Assembly: GCA_030674455.1 (NCBI GenBank)
Contig: JAUSGQ010000020.1
Coordinates: 13,461 to 77,460, forward strand
Direction: 5' to 3'
DNA: 64,000 nt
Source: a bacterium
GTDB lineage: Bacteria; Patescibacteriota; Minisyncoccia; Phycocordibacterales; UBA2100
Shown: positions 55,373 through 64,000 of the stretch, piece after piece
How positions within the stretch are numbered: the first letter of the stretch is position 1
Layout: every line of letters starts with the position of its first letter
The notes under the pieces: model-generated
The model's input: the letters and a program-made list of their open reading frames with translations, nothing else
Databases searched by the model: none
What the model was told of the DNA's origin: nothing
Program-made: the position numbers and the translations under genes

Positions 55373-55480
55373 CTACTCAACCCGTTTCCGTCCGCGGTAT
55401 ACCCACCACCAATAGTGGATATAACCAGCGATAACTGCGATTGAGCACAGAAGGAATCCGGGTCCCCTGATCTTTTTCAT
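55373..55480 (-). CDS. Small hydrophobic peptide (35-36 aa) with SD and terminator
   Basis: M(M)KKIRGPGFLLCSIAVIAGYIHYWWWVYRGRKRVE. GAGGAG lies 6 nt upstream of the second ATG. Followed by the hairpin ACGGGGCATGATCACGCACATGCCCCGT (55341-55368). Confidence 0.4.
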   Translation of the reverse strand: MKKIRGPGFLLCSIAVIAGYIHYWWWVYRGRKRVE

Positions 55481-55871
55481 CATTGTCTCCTCGTTAGGGT
55501 CAAACCTCCTTATACGCCATGCCTCTAATGCGGTCAATCAAAGCGAAAACATTACTCGCTCATAGTTATACACACCTATATCCACACCATATCCACGATT
55601 TTTTGGCTTTTTGCTCATTACGGATTCATAACGATTACTTTATAATCTTTCTTATCGATGTGCTTAACCGTGCGTCGGTCGCTTTCCAAGGAGGTTCGCA
55701 GAAATGCAAATCACACCGGATAGCAGTTCCTTGAATCTATAGATACGAAAGTATCTAAACATTGCAGGAACAGTTCGGCGAGAGGAGTGGGGTGGAATGC
55801 AGATGTGCGGGGAGATCGTATCAAGTTGCACGGAACATTCAATCGGTTCGTAACCGCCGAAGAAAAGCAAA

Positions 55872-55899
55872 AGACCTCCGCAAGAGAGGTCTTTTGTTT
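55872..55899 (+). terminator. Orphan rho-independent terminator in gene-poor region
   Basis: AGACCTC-cgcaa-GAGAGGTCTTTTGTTTG. No convincing ORF upstream. Confidence 0.5.
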
Positions 55900-56086
55900 G
55901 CCCAAGTGAGACAAGACTCTTCACATTCTCGGTCTCACAAGGTTAACCGTGCGTATGTACCCGTATAGTACACGCCATTTGCGCGCAAGATGTTCTTATC
56001 CACACATTTTGAATTCGGATAATTTTCTGTTTCAGAATTTTAAATCGAAAAAACAAAAAGGCCTGGTCCCTCGACAGGCCTTTCGG

Positions 56087-56311
56087 TCACATGGAATCCA
56101 GAAACATCGTACATCCGACACATCTATAGCGACGCCACTGTCCGAGCTTAGTTTGTAGCGTTACAATCGTACGCCGATGGCTCTGGCAAACCGGGCATGC
56201 TTCCGGTACCTCGATTTCTCCTTCGCGCAAGGAGGAGTACATGTAAAACGGAATCGTTACCATGACCATGGCCGCTAGAACAATTGCCGGAGGAATTAAA
56301 ACGATTACCAT
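56087..56311 (-). CDS. Small membrane protein with C-terminal CxxC...CxxC zinc-ribbon
   Basis: 74 aa with one TM, then CPVCQS...CVGC. Confidence 0.4.
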   Translation of the reverse strand: MVIVLIPPAIVLAAMVMVTIPFYMYSSLREGEIEVPEACPVCQSHRRTIVTLQTKLGQWRRYRCVGCTMFLDSM

Positions 56312-56625
56312 GGGAGCCTCCTTAAATCGGATGGCACGATTGCCCAGAGGACGCGCGGGACATCCCCTAGAAGCCGAGACATCTCAAAGCTGGTTACCCT
56401 TAACACCAGCCAGAGCAGAGTTGCAGCCACCCCTACGCGGACTCCATCAATTATCTCGAATCCGGAGAGATAAGCCAATGCCACACCAGTTGTAACGAAC
56501 GCGATGTAAATCGCGATTACTTCTCGTCCCGTGAGACTCATGATTTGTTCCTTTCCAAAATATGGGGAAAAAAGACCAAAAAAAGAGCAAGCGCTGAAAC
56601 GCCGCCCTTTCGGTCGCCTCAGCAC
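56305..56625 (-). CDS. Small hypothetical membrane protein
   Basis: Two TM helices. Overlaps the downstream small gene. Confidence 0.35.
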   Translation of the reverse strand: MLRRPKGRRFSACSFFGLFSPYFGKEQIMSLTGREVIAIYIAFVTTGVALAYLSGFEIIDGVRVGVAATLLWLVLRVTSFEMSRLLGDVPRVLWAIVPSDLRRLPW

Positions 56626-56680
56626 TTGTAATTTATGTGAATTGAGATTAAGGGAGAGTGAAGGTATTAATAGGTATTTA

Positions 56681-56718
56681 AAAAAGCCTGGCGCGCGGGG
56701 CGGGCCAGGCTTTTTCTG
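56681..56718. terminator. Bidirectional rho-independent terminator
   Basis: AAAAAAGCCTGGCGCGCGGGGCGGGCCAGGCTTTTTC has a GC-rich stem with A-run and T-run. It follows the stop of 56725-57261 (-). Confidence 0.7.
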
Positions 56719-56724
56719 TAGGTG

Positions 56725-57261
56725 CTATCCTTTCTCCCTTTGAGTTAGCGCCTTGATATACTCCCAAATGACTATTAGATAAATTACGCCAATCCAAAAC
56801 TTATCTTGCAATTGCTTTTTCGGATCAGTATGAGTATCAAGGTATTTACCTAGCACACGGCTCGATACAATAAAACAAAACCGCATGTAAGCCTCGGTCA
56901 TGTTCTTGAAAAACGGTGGAATTTGTTCAAGGATAGCTTGCGCATCCCTGTTTTCTTCCTTCGATAGCTTGAGCGTATCTAGGCGGTTGCGGATTTTTAA
57001 CACAAGCTCCTTCACTCCGGCTTGGTCTGGTCGACCCACAAAGGTTGAGGCACTGTCTGCCATCTCTTTTATTTCCGCCACCAGACTTCTTAGTGCAGAT
57101 GGCCTGAGAACGAGATATTTCCACATCCACCAAGCGGCCAAGAGTACCCCGACCACCAAACCAATGACCCACGGGATGTTGAAAATCGTCGCAGCCAGAC
57201 TGCAGGCCATGGTGGAAACAAGCAAAGCCGAGAAAACTTCTGCTACAATCCTTCTGTTCAT
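56725..57261 (-). CDS. Hypothetical membrane protein
   Basis: 178 aa with 3-4 TM helices. Confidence 0.45.
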   Translation of the reverse strand: MNRRIVAEVFSALLVSTMACSLAATIFNIPWVIGLVVGVLLAAWWMWKYLVLRPSALRSLVAEIKEMADSASTFVGRPDQAGVKELVLKIRNRLDTLKLSKEENRDAQAILEQIPPFFKNMTEAYMRFCFIVSSRVLGKYLDTHTDPKKQLQDKFWIGVIYLIVIWEYIKALTQREKG

Positions 57262-57365
57262 TCGAATTTCCTTTCCGATAATTTCGATTGTCCGCTCAAA
57301 GAACTAGTAAAGAGCGGGGCTAGTGAATCAGCCTCTATCCTGTTCCAGCACCCTGTTTATGTCAA

Positions 57366-58385
57366 TCAATCGTTTTCAGCCGGTTGAGATTTTCTTGGAG
57401 CGTCCATTCCGATGTGCTCGTAGCCTTTAGGGGTTACGGTTCTTCCTCGAGGAGTTCTGTCCAATAGGCCGAGTTGCATCAGGTACGGCTCGTGAACTTC
57501 TTCAATCGTATCTTCTTCTTCAGAGAGGGAAGCGGAAATTGTTTTTAAACCCACGGGGCCGCCGTTAAATTTCTCCACAATTATGCTCAAGATGTCGCGG
57601 TCGGTCTGATTGAGCCCGCCCTCGTCAATTTCCAGAAGCGCGAGCGCCTTTTTTACCGTTTTCAGGTTGAGCGGCTCTTCGTTCACTTCCGCGAAGTCGC
57701 GGCATCGCTTTAACAAATAATTTGCGGTACGCGGAGTCGAGCGGCTTCTGCTCGCGATTTCTTTTATGGAATCGTCGTCAATTTTTATATTTAATATTTT
57801 TCCGGAGCGCTTTAGAATTTCTGCGATTTCAGCATCGGTGTAGTACTGCAAACGGAATGTCCCGCCGGAAAAGCGTGAGCGCAGGGGGGCGGAGAGCATT
57901 GAGATGCGCGTGGTTGCCGCAATGAGCGTGAAGGGGGGAAGGTCTAATTGCACGGTGCGTGCCGAAGGACCTTTGCCGATGATGATATCCAAAACGCCTG
58001 CCTCCATCGCCGGATAGAGAACTTCTTCAATCGTGCGATTGAGCCGGTGGATTTCGTCTACAAAAAGAACGTCGCCGGGGGATAGGTTCGTAAGGATTGA
58101 GGCGAGGTCGCCCACGCGCTCGATTGCGGGGCCGGAGGTGGCGCGCAGGGATGCACCGATTTCTTTCGTCATCAAGTGCGCGAGAGTTGTCTTTCCAAGC
58201 CCTGGTGGGCCGTAAAGAAGCACGTGCTCCGGCTGATGATTCCTGCCTTTAGCGGCGGTGAGAAGAATCCGCAGGTTCTCTTTTATCGTCGGCTGGCCCA
58301 CATATTCGGCCCAATCCGCGGGGCGAAGCGCCTGGTCAAGAGAACGCGGACTTTTTTCAATTGTTTGTTTTTCTGTTTGGGTCAT
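57366..58385 (-). CDS. ruvB: Holliday junction branch-migration ATPase RuvB
   Basis: LRPADWAEYVGQ, Walker A LLYGPPGLGKTTLA, Walker B VLFVDEIHRL, and the RuvB C-terminal wing. Confidence 0.95.
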   Translation of the reverse strand: MTQTEKQTIEKSPRSLDQALRPADWAEYVGQPTIKENLRILLTAAKGRNHQPEHVLLYGPPGLGKTTLAHLMTKEIGASLRATSGPAIERVGDLASILTNLSPGDVLFVDEIHRLNRTIEEVLYPAMEAGVLDIIIGKGPSARTVQLDLPPFTLIAATTRISMLSAPLRSRFSGGTFRLQYYTDAEIAEILKRSGKILNIKIDDDSIKEIASRSRSTPRTANYLLKRCRDFAEVNEEPLNLKTVKKALALLEIDEGGLNQTDRDILSIIVEKFNGGPVGLKTISASLSEEEDTIEEVHEPYLMQLGLLDRTPRGRTVTPKGYEHIGMDAPRKSQPAEND

Positions 58386-58744
58386 GTTTAGTTTGCTCTC
58401 TGCGATTCAATCGAATCGGTTTGAGGGAACTAGTGATGCTTGACAAATGAGTTTAATGTGCTATACTTGCCAATAACTTCATTTTACACCCATTTACTCG
58501 GCCTTTGCTAGGCTACGGCGGACTCAGCTCGCCTTCGCTAAAGCTTCGGCGGAGCAAAGTCGGAAGCAGGATTTTCCGAGCGATAGTGACCACATCGAGG
58601 ATGAGGCGGTTTCGGCCTCCTCTCTCCTTAGATTTCGCGTTGCCACTTTCGCCAGAAAGTTTCGCTCGGATAATCGTACTCCCGACTACTAAATGAACGA
58701 TACCATTGCACGCAGGCCGCGCAATGGCCTTTTGCATATAGGTA

Positions 58745-58782
58745 TTGCTCTAGCAAATGCGGCCGCATTTGCTAGAGCAATA
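58745..58782. terminator. Perfect palindromic hairpin ATTGCTCTAGCAAATGC-GGCC-GCATTTGCTAGAGCAAT after the pilB/gspE stop
   Basis: 17-bp perfect arms, 4 nt from the stop of 58786-60537 (-). Confidence 0.55.
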
Positions 58783-58785
58783 GGT

Positions 58786-60537
58786 TCAACCTGCGATTTC
58801 CGCCGTTAGGTCTACTACGCGGCCGAGTTCTTCAAGCGACGTAACTCCCTGCAAGACTTTTACGATTCCGTCTTGACCCATGCGGCGGATGTTTTGATGT
58901 TTGGCCGCTTTCCATATCTCGCGCTCGCTCAATGTCGTGCGGACCGCGTCTTCAATAATTCTGTCCATCAAAATGACTTCTACGACTGCCACGCGCCCCT
59001 TGTATCCTAGGTTGCGGCATTTCTCGCATCCTTTCGGAACCCACATTGTGTCGTGATTCGCCGGAAGTTCATCGGCGTGCGGAATATCTTTGAGATACAT
59101 TGCGATTGTCTGTGCGTCTTTCCCTGTTATGGGCTTCGGCTCGCGGCAGATAGGGCAGAGCCGGCGCACCAAGCGCTGTGCCATCGCGACTGTGAGGGAT
59201 GCGCCCAGAATGTCGGCGGAGACACCCATGTCGATAAGGCGTGGGAAAGTTCCCGCGGCGTCGTTGGTGTGAAGCGTGGCAAAAACGAGGTGGCCGGTTA
59301 ATGCCGCGTGGACGGCAGTTGAAGCCACTTCGGCATCGCGGATTTCGCCGACCATTATCACATCGGGGTCTTGGCGCAGGGTGGAGCGAAGGCCGAGCGC
59401 GAAGGTGTAATCTTTTGAAACTTGCGTCTGCACGATTCCCGGCAGGTGATATTCAATCGGGTCTTCAATCGTGACGATTTTAATTTCCGGACGATGCACT
59501 TTGCGCAAGAATGCGTAGAGCGTCGTCGTTTTTCCCGAACCGGTGGGGCCGGTGTTCAGTATCATGCCGTTGGGCTTCTCTATCTCGCGGTTGAAGATTT
59601 CCATTAAGTATTTGTCGAAACCGAGCTGCTCCAGGGGCAGGGCGATGGTCGAAGGGTCCAAAACGCGCATGACGATTGTTTCCGCATATGCGCCCGGCAA
59701 AATTGAAGTACGAATTTCTATCTCTTTCTCGTTTATCGCGATTGAAAAGCGGCCGTCTTGCGCCGCGTTTTTGATGTTGAGCTTCATGCCCGAGAGGAGT
59801 TTGATGCGGGAGGAAATGAGCGCGTATGTCGGCGCGTCGAAAATCAGCACCTCAATCAGCACGCCATCGAGACGGAAGCGCATGTGGACGTCTTTTTCTT
59901 CCGGCTCAAGGTGGATGTCGGAAATACCGAGCGAGAGGGCGCCCGCCATGATGATTTCCAAAATGCGGGAGACCCGGTGCGGGTCTTTACTCTTCATATT
60001 CGTCTCCACGTGCTGCTTGAGGTCTGCCAGGGTCTTCAGTTCTTTCATCATCTGGTCGATAGTTTCGTTGGAAAGCGTGAGAATGCCCGCTTCGGTCTCC
60101 GTCGCGTATGAGAGGTCGTGGAAGCGGTCCCACGCGTGTTCGAGCGATGCCTGCGTCGCGATAAATCTCTGCGCACGGTACCCGAGACGCTCCAGATTCT
60201 GGACTATCGCGAGAGAGTCCGCCCGTTCGGGCGAGCGCATGGCGACAAAAACATTTTTATTAACCTTGCGGAAAGCGGCGACTTCTCCGGCGCGGGAATC
60301 CGCTTCGGGTATCAGGCGCAGAGCATCGGTATCAACCGCGCGCGTCGTAAGGTCGATATATTCCACTCCGTATTTTTTCGCGAGGATTTCCGCGAGCTGT
60401 TCTTCTTCGCGCGCGCGAAGGTCGTGCAATCGCTCCTCCTGTTTCTTTTCGTCAAATTGGGTCACAAGAGTATTATACTCTACACATGAAGTCGCATGAC
60501 GTGAATGTTGAACAGTTGAATTCATTGGCGGAGACAT
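58786..60537 (-). CDS. Type IV pilus assembly / type II secretion ATPase (PilB/GspE family)
   Basis: N-terminal GSPII_E_N-like region, Walker A GPTGSGKTTTLYA, Asp box, Walker B VIMVGEIRD, His box TGHLVFATLHTN, and the tetracysteine CPICREP...CEKC. Confidence 0.85.
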   Translation of the reverse strand: MSPPMNSTVQHSRHATSCVEYNTLVTQFDEKKQEERLHDLRAREEEQLAEILAKKYGVEYIDLTTRAVDTDALRLIPEADSRAGEVAAFRKVNKNVFVAMRSPERADSLAIVQNLERLGYRAQRFIATQASLEHAWDRFHDLSYATETEAGILTLSNETIDQMMKELKTLADLKQHVETNMKSKDPHRVSRILEIIMAGALSLGISDIHLEPEEKDVHMRFRLDGVLIEVLIFDAPTYALISSRIKLLSGMKLNIKNAAQDGRFSIAINEKEIEIRTSILPGAYAETIVMRVLDPSTIALPLEQLGFDKYLMEIFNREIEKPNGMILNTGPTGSGKTTTLYAFLRKVHRPEIKIVTIEDPIEYHLPGIVQTQVSKDYTFALGLRSTLRQDPDVIMVGEIRDAEVASTAVHAALTGHLVFATLHTNDAAGTFPRLIDMGVSADILGASLTVAMAQRLVRRLCPICREPKPITGKDAQTIAMYLKDIPHADELPANHDTMWVPKGCEKCRNLGYKGRVAVVEVILMDRIIEDAVRTTLSEREIWKAAKHQNIRRMGQDGIVKVLQGVTSLEELGRVVDLTAEIAG

Positions 60538-60926
60538 TCGCGGCGAAGCTCATGCCCAAAAAAACGGGAGCAACGGTAGTGGCGCTTTCGGGAGATTTGG
60601 GCGCGGGGAAAACAGCTTTCGCCAAAGCGCTCGCGCGCGCATACGGCATTGAAGAGGAGGTTACAAGCCCGACCTTTGTTATCGAAAAGATTTATGCGCC
60701 GTTAAAAGGACCGTTCCAGCGATTTATTCACATTGATGCATATCGTCTCAATGGTGCGCACGAGCTTGAAGCGATAGGCTGGAAAGAGTTGATACAGGAA
60801 CCCGGCAACCTTATTCTTCTTGAATGGCCGGAAAAAGTCTCTGAGGCGATACCGCCGGACGCCGCTCGCATTTCTCTTAAATACGTCGACGAGCATACGC
60901 GCACAATCACCCATGACATCACATAA
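60486..60926 (+). CDS. tsaE: tRNA threonylcarbamoyladenosine biosynthesis protein TsaE
   Basis: LSGDLGAGKTAFAKALARAYGI and SPTFVIEKIY are canonical YjeE/TsaE motifs. Confidence 0.85.
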   Translation: MKSHDVNVEQLNSLAETFAAKLMPKKTGATVVALSGDLGAGKTAFAKALARAYGIEEEVTSPTFVIEKIYAPLKGPFQRFIHIDAYRLNGAHELEAIGWKELIQEPGNLILLEWPEKVSEAIPPDAARISLKYVDEHTRTITHDIT

Positions 60927-63321
60927 AAAAACAAAACGCCTCGTTATTCTTGATACGCACGCGATTGTTCATCGCGCATACCACGCGATTCCCGATCTTT
61001 CTTCCTCAAAGGGCGAGCCGACGGGTGCCTTGTATGGACTGACGGCGATGATTCTCAAAACTATTGCCGATTTGAAACCTGATTACATAATCGCCGCGCG
61101 CGACCGCGCCGAGAAGACGCACCGGCACGAAATATTTGAAGCGTATAAAGGAACGCGGGCAAAAGTGGAGGACGCTCTTGTGGCGCAGTTGAAACGCACA
61201 GGCGAAGTCTTCGACGCGTTCGGCATCCCGACACTTGATGTTGCAGGATTCGAAGCAGACGACATCATCGGCACGGTGGCGGAGCAGGTCGCAAAACGAA
61301 AAGACCTCCAGACGGTCATTCTGACGGGTGATATGGACATGCTGCAGCTCATCGAGGACGGGCGCGTCACTGTCTACCGGCTTCTTACCGGCATTTCCAA
61401 CATGAAATTCTATGATGAAGCAGCGGTCAAAGAGCGATACGGATTTGGGCCGGAAAATGTAACCGACTTCAAGGGAATATCGGGCGATGTCTCCGATAAC
61501 ATCAAAGGCGTGCCCGGTGTAGGAGAAGGCGGCGCGTCAAAACTCATACAAACATTCGGCGGACTCGACGAAATATACAAGGCCATCCGGAAAGATGGCG
61601 TGGAAAGCGTTGCGAAAAAAGCGGGAATACAAAAACGGTACGTCCAACTCGTGGCCGATAACGAGGAGGCAGCCCGATTTTCCAAAGGACTCGCGACCAT
61701 ACGCCGCGATGCACCAATCACTTTCACAGAGCCGGACCATCCGTGGCGCATAGAAGACCATGCACCCGGAATTCTTTCTTTGTGCGACGAGCTTGAATTC
61801 CATTCGCTCAAAAAACGCGTACCTGCCTTGCCCGCCGAAGCCTCGGCGAAGGCGGGAGTGTCTGAAAAGTTGGAGGTTGTTGATGCGCGAGCCCTGCAAG
61901 AAGCCTCGATAGCTCTCTGGCTTCTCCATTCCGACAACACGGCGCCATCCTTGGAAGATATTTTGCGGTATGCAAAAAAAGACTTGCCCGCCGAAGCTTT
62001 AGCGAAGGAGGGGGATTTTGAGGCGGCGCGCGCGATAATTTTTGATGAACTCAAGAAAACGCCGAGTGTGCAGAATGTATACGACACAATTGAGCGGCCG
62101 CTCATACCGGTCATTGAGCGCATGAATAAAGACGGAATCCTTCTGGACGTGCCGTATCTGAAGAAACTCGCGGAGGAATATGAGAAAGAATTGGGAAAAA
62201 TCAGCGCGCGCATCTATAAAGCGGCTGGGCGCGAATTCAATATCAATTCTCCGAAGCAATTGGCGGGCGTGCTGTTTGATGAATTAAAAATTGTGCCCCA
62301 AAAACAAAGGAAGACCCCGGGCGGGGCGCGGACAACGCGCGAGGATGAGCTGGAGAAAATGTCGGAGCTACACCCGATTATTGCCGATATCCTCGCGTAC
62401 CGTGAACTGCACAAATTGCTTTCTACGTATGTTCAAAAAATGCCCGGGATGGTCGGGGAGAGCGGCCGCTTGCACGCGGAATTTCTGCAGGCTGGGACGA
62501 CCACGGGGCGCATGTCGAGCCAGAATCCGAATCTGCAGAATATTCCGATTAAGAGCGAGTACGGCAGGCGCGTCCGCTCGGCATTTCGCGCGAGCCCGGG
62601 GTTTTTGCTCGCGGCGCTCGATTATTCGCAGATAGAGCTTCGCATCGCGGCCGGACTTTCGGGCGACAAGAAATTACTCAAGACGTTTGCGGAGGGGAGC
62701 GATGTACACACGACTGTCGCGAGCCAGGTCTTCGGCGTGCCGGAGGAAAAGGTGGACTACGAAATGCGCCGAAAGGCAAAGGTTATAAACTTCGGCATCC
62801 TTTACGGAATGGGTTCGAATGCCCTGAAGTCGAATTTGGGAAATGTTTCGCGCGAAGAGGCCGCGCGATATCTTTCCGAATACTTTAAGAAATTCTCGGG
62901 ACTTGCTCTGTGGATAGAACGTACGAAGCTGGACGCCGCGCGCAACGGCTTTACCGAAACTCTGTTTGGCCGTCGCCGTTACTTCGCTGGTTTCAATTCG
63001 CCGCTTCCGAATATGCGGGCGCAGGCGGAGAGAATGGCGGTGAATGCTCCGATACAAGGAACGCAGTCGGACATCATAAAGCTTGCGATGGTGAAAGCCG
63101 ATAATCTCATTGAAGAAAAAGGATTGCGCAAACAAGTGCGGCTGGTTCTACAGATACACGACGAGCTGGTGTATGAAATTGAGAGAAAAGAAGCGGAAGA
63201 AATCGCGCGCGAACTCCGCGAGACAATGGAATCCGTCGTCCCTAAGGGCAAGCTTTCCGGTGTGCCGATCGTGGCGGAAGTTGCGATTGGGGAGAATTGG
63301 GGAGCGATGAAGCGCGTATAG
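60913..63321 (+). CDS. polA: DNA polymerase I (5'-3' exonuclease + family A polymerase domain)
   Basis: N-terminal 5'-nuclease (LVILDTHAIVHRAYHA; GIPGVG). Pol motif A DYSQIELRI, motif B RRKAKVINFGILYG and motif C QIHDELV. No obvious 3'-5' exonuclease motifs. Start at MTSHKK (60913). Confidence 0.9.
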   Translation: MTSHKKTKRLVILDTHAIVHRAYHAIPDLSSSKGEPTGALYGLTAMILKTIADLKPDYIIAARDRAEKTHRHEIFEAYKGTRAKVEDALVAQLKRTGEVFDAFGIPTLDVAGFEADDIIGTVAEQVAKRKDLQTVILTGDMDMLQLIEDGRVTVYRLLTGISNMKFYDEAAVKERYGFGPENVTDFKGISGDVSDNIKGVPGVGEGGASKLIQTFGGLDEIYKAIRKDGVESVAKKAGIQKRYVQLVADNEEAARFSKGLATIRRDAPITFTEPDHPWRIEDHAPGILSLCDELEFHSLKKRVPALPAEASAKAGVSEKLEVVDARALQEASIALWLLHSDNTAPSLEDILRYAKKDLPAEALAKEGDFEAARAIIFDELKKTPSVQNVYDTIERPLIPVIERMNKDGILLDVPYLKKLAEEYEKELGKISARIYKAAGREFNINSPKQLAGVLFDELKIVPQKQRKTPGGARTTREDELEKMSELHPIIADILAYRELHKLLSTYVQKMPGMVGESGRLHAEFLQAGTTTGRMSSQNPNLQNIPIKSEYGRRVRSAFRASPGFLLAALDYSQIELRIAAGLSGDKKLLKTFAEGSDVHTTVASQVFGVPEEKVDYEMRRKAKVINFGILYGMGSNALKSNLGNVSREEAARYLSEYFKKFSGLALWIERTKLDAARNGFTETLFGRRRYFAGFNSPLPNMRAQAERMAVNAPIQGTQSDIIKLAMVKADNLIEEKGLRKQVRLVLQIHDELVYEIERKEAEEIARELRETMESVVPKGKLSGVPIVAEVAIGENWGAMKRV

Positions 63322-63334
63322 CGTATGGAGTAAG

Positions 63335-63374
63335 GCCTCTCCTCGGGAATTCTGCATTTTGAGGTGAGGCCTTG
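63335..63374. repeat. Hairpin AGGCCTC...GAGGCCT nested in inverted TATAGCGTATGGAG / CTCCATACGCTATA arms, after polA
   Basis: The 20-mer AGGCCTCTCCTCGGGAATTC is the reverse complement of 23164-23183. The flanking TATAGCGTATGGAG 14-mer also occurs twice at oriC (45848-45875). Confidence 0.55.
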
Positions 63375-63455
63375 AGTATTCTCTCCATACGCTATACTTT
63401 ATACTGTATGTTGTATTTCTACAGCGGTACTGACACAAAAAAGGCGCGGGGAGAG

Positions 63456-64000
63456 ATGAATAAAGAAATCGCACGGGCGGCTAAAAGCGGCGCGCGCATC
63501 GTGCGCATAAACGACACTAACTCCGCCGATGATTTGCACTCATCGCTCCAAGGCGAAGGGCTTTTTGGCGAAAGCCACGTTTTTGTTTTGGATACCATAT
63601 CGCAAAACGAAGAAATGTTTATCGCGTTTCTCGGCATGCTGGAGAGAATGAAAGATTCGAAGGAGTCTTTTTTTGTGTATGAGGCGAGCCCGAATGCAAA
63701 TACACGCCGCACGATAGAAGAATTCGCGGAAACCTCCAAACGTTTTGATGCCCCGAAGAAAGAAAAAGATAACAGCGTGTTCGCGCTGGCAAATGCCATG
63801 CGGCGAGCCGACAAAAAAGCTCTGTGGACCAGCTATCAGCGCGAACTTTTGAAAGGGAAAGAACCGGAGGCTATTCACGGCGTGCTTTTTTGGGGAGCGA
63901 AAGACATGTTGTTGAAATCAAGAGACGGAACTCCGGAAAGTAAAAGAGCTAAGAAACTCGTGGCAGAGCTTGCAGAGCTTCCTCATGAAGCAAGGCGCAA
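63456..64000 (+). CDS. DNA polymerase III delta-subunit-like protein (HolA-like), 3' end outside window
   Basis: ATG at 63456. MNKEIARAAKSGARIVRIND...FALANAMRRADKKALWTSYQRELLKGKEPEAIHGVLFW resembles the HolA N- and C-terminal signatures. Partial, so not in the ORF track. Confidence 0.5.
   Translation, partial: MNKEIARAAKSGARIVRINDTNSADDLHSSLQGEGLFGESHVFVLDTISQNEEMFIAFLGMLERMKDSKESFFVYEASPNANTRRTIEEFAETSKRFDAPKKEKDNSVFALANAMRRADKKALWTSYQRELLKGKEPEAIHGVLFWGAKDMLLKSRDGTPESKRAKKLVAELAELPHEARR

Noticed and set aside
58500-58700. Possible SRP RNA (4.5S) in the ruvB-pilB spacer because of GUCGGAAGCAGG
   Set aside because: The flanking helix-8 consensus (GGUCAGG...GGAA...AGCAGCC) is not reproduced. 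Only a partial word match. Left unannotated.

Overview
This 64-kb window appears to be a chromosomal segment spanning the replication origin of a small-genome bacterium. The gene content suggests a CPR/Patescibacteria-like organism: type IV pilus ATPase and a T4SS-like cluster, only purA plus a truncated purH-like purine gene, few Shine-Dalgarno sequences and many Arg/Pro-rich proteins. That taxonomic placement is inference.

Housekeeping genes recognised:
- On the plus strand: FKBP PPIase (partial), UbiB-like kinase, pnp, DksA/TraR-like, yifB/comM, uvrD/pcrA-like helicase, ksgA/rsmA, AICARFT-only purH-like, tsaE, polA, and a holA-like partial gene.
- On the minus strand: purA, LysM-M23 peptidase, ruvC, yebC, ruvB, gspE/pilB, PBP1A.
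- The origin region shows the classic rpmH-rnpA-yidC-jag / oriC / dnaA-dnaN synteny.

Accessory content:
- Two toxin-antitoxin pairs (MazE/Phd-like plus Doc, and DinJ plus YafQ).
- A RusA-carrying insertion flanked by an 85-bp direct repeat.
- An AT-rich cassette region bounded by palindromic sites.
- A gene for a large secreted protein with three tandem ~243-bp coding repeats and an RTX-like C-terminus.
- A ~14-kb T4SS-like cluster (about 29.8-43.6 kb) containing VirB6/TrbL-like, PrgI/VirB3-like and VirB4-like genes plus several secreted or membrane proteins. Its VirB4 homolog is encoded as two ORFs separated by an inverted-repeat-flanked mini-element that carries a four-helix-bundle (PF05635-like) gene. 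A second such 4HB gene sits in another IR-flanked mini-element, and empty copies of the same IR structure occur elsewhere.

The most striking sequence-level signal is a family of ~140-bp elements. I found eight copies plus one fragment. Each has ~24-bp terminal inverted repeats (TACCCGGTYAGTACAATTTGGCAT ... ATGCCAAATTGTCCTACCGGGTR), and all lie in intergenic regions. Several abut start codons of core genes (dnaA, the dksA-like gene, yidC, PBP1A), and two flank the origin region.

Several further dispersed inverted-repeat and palindrome families are listed under features and findings.
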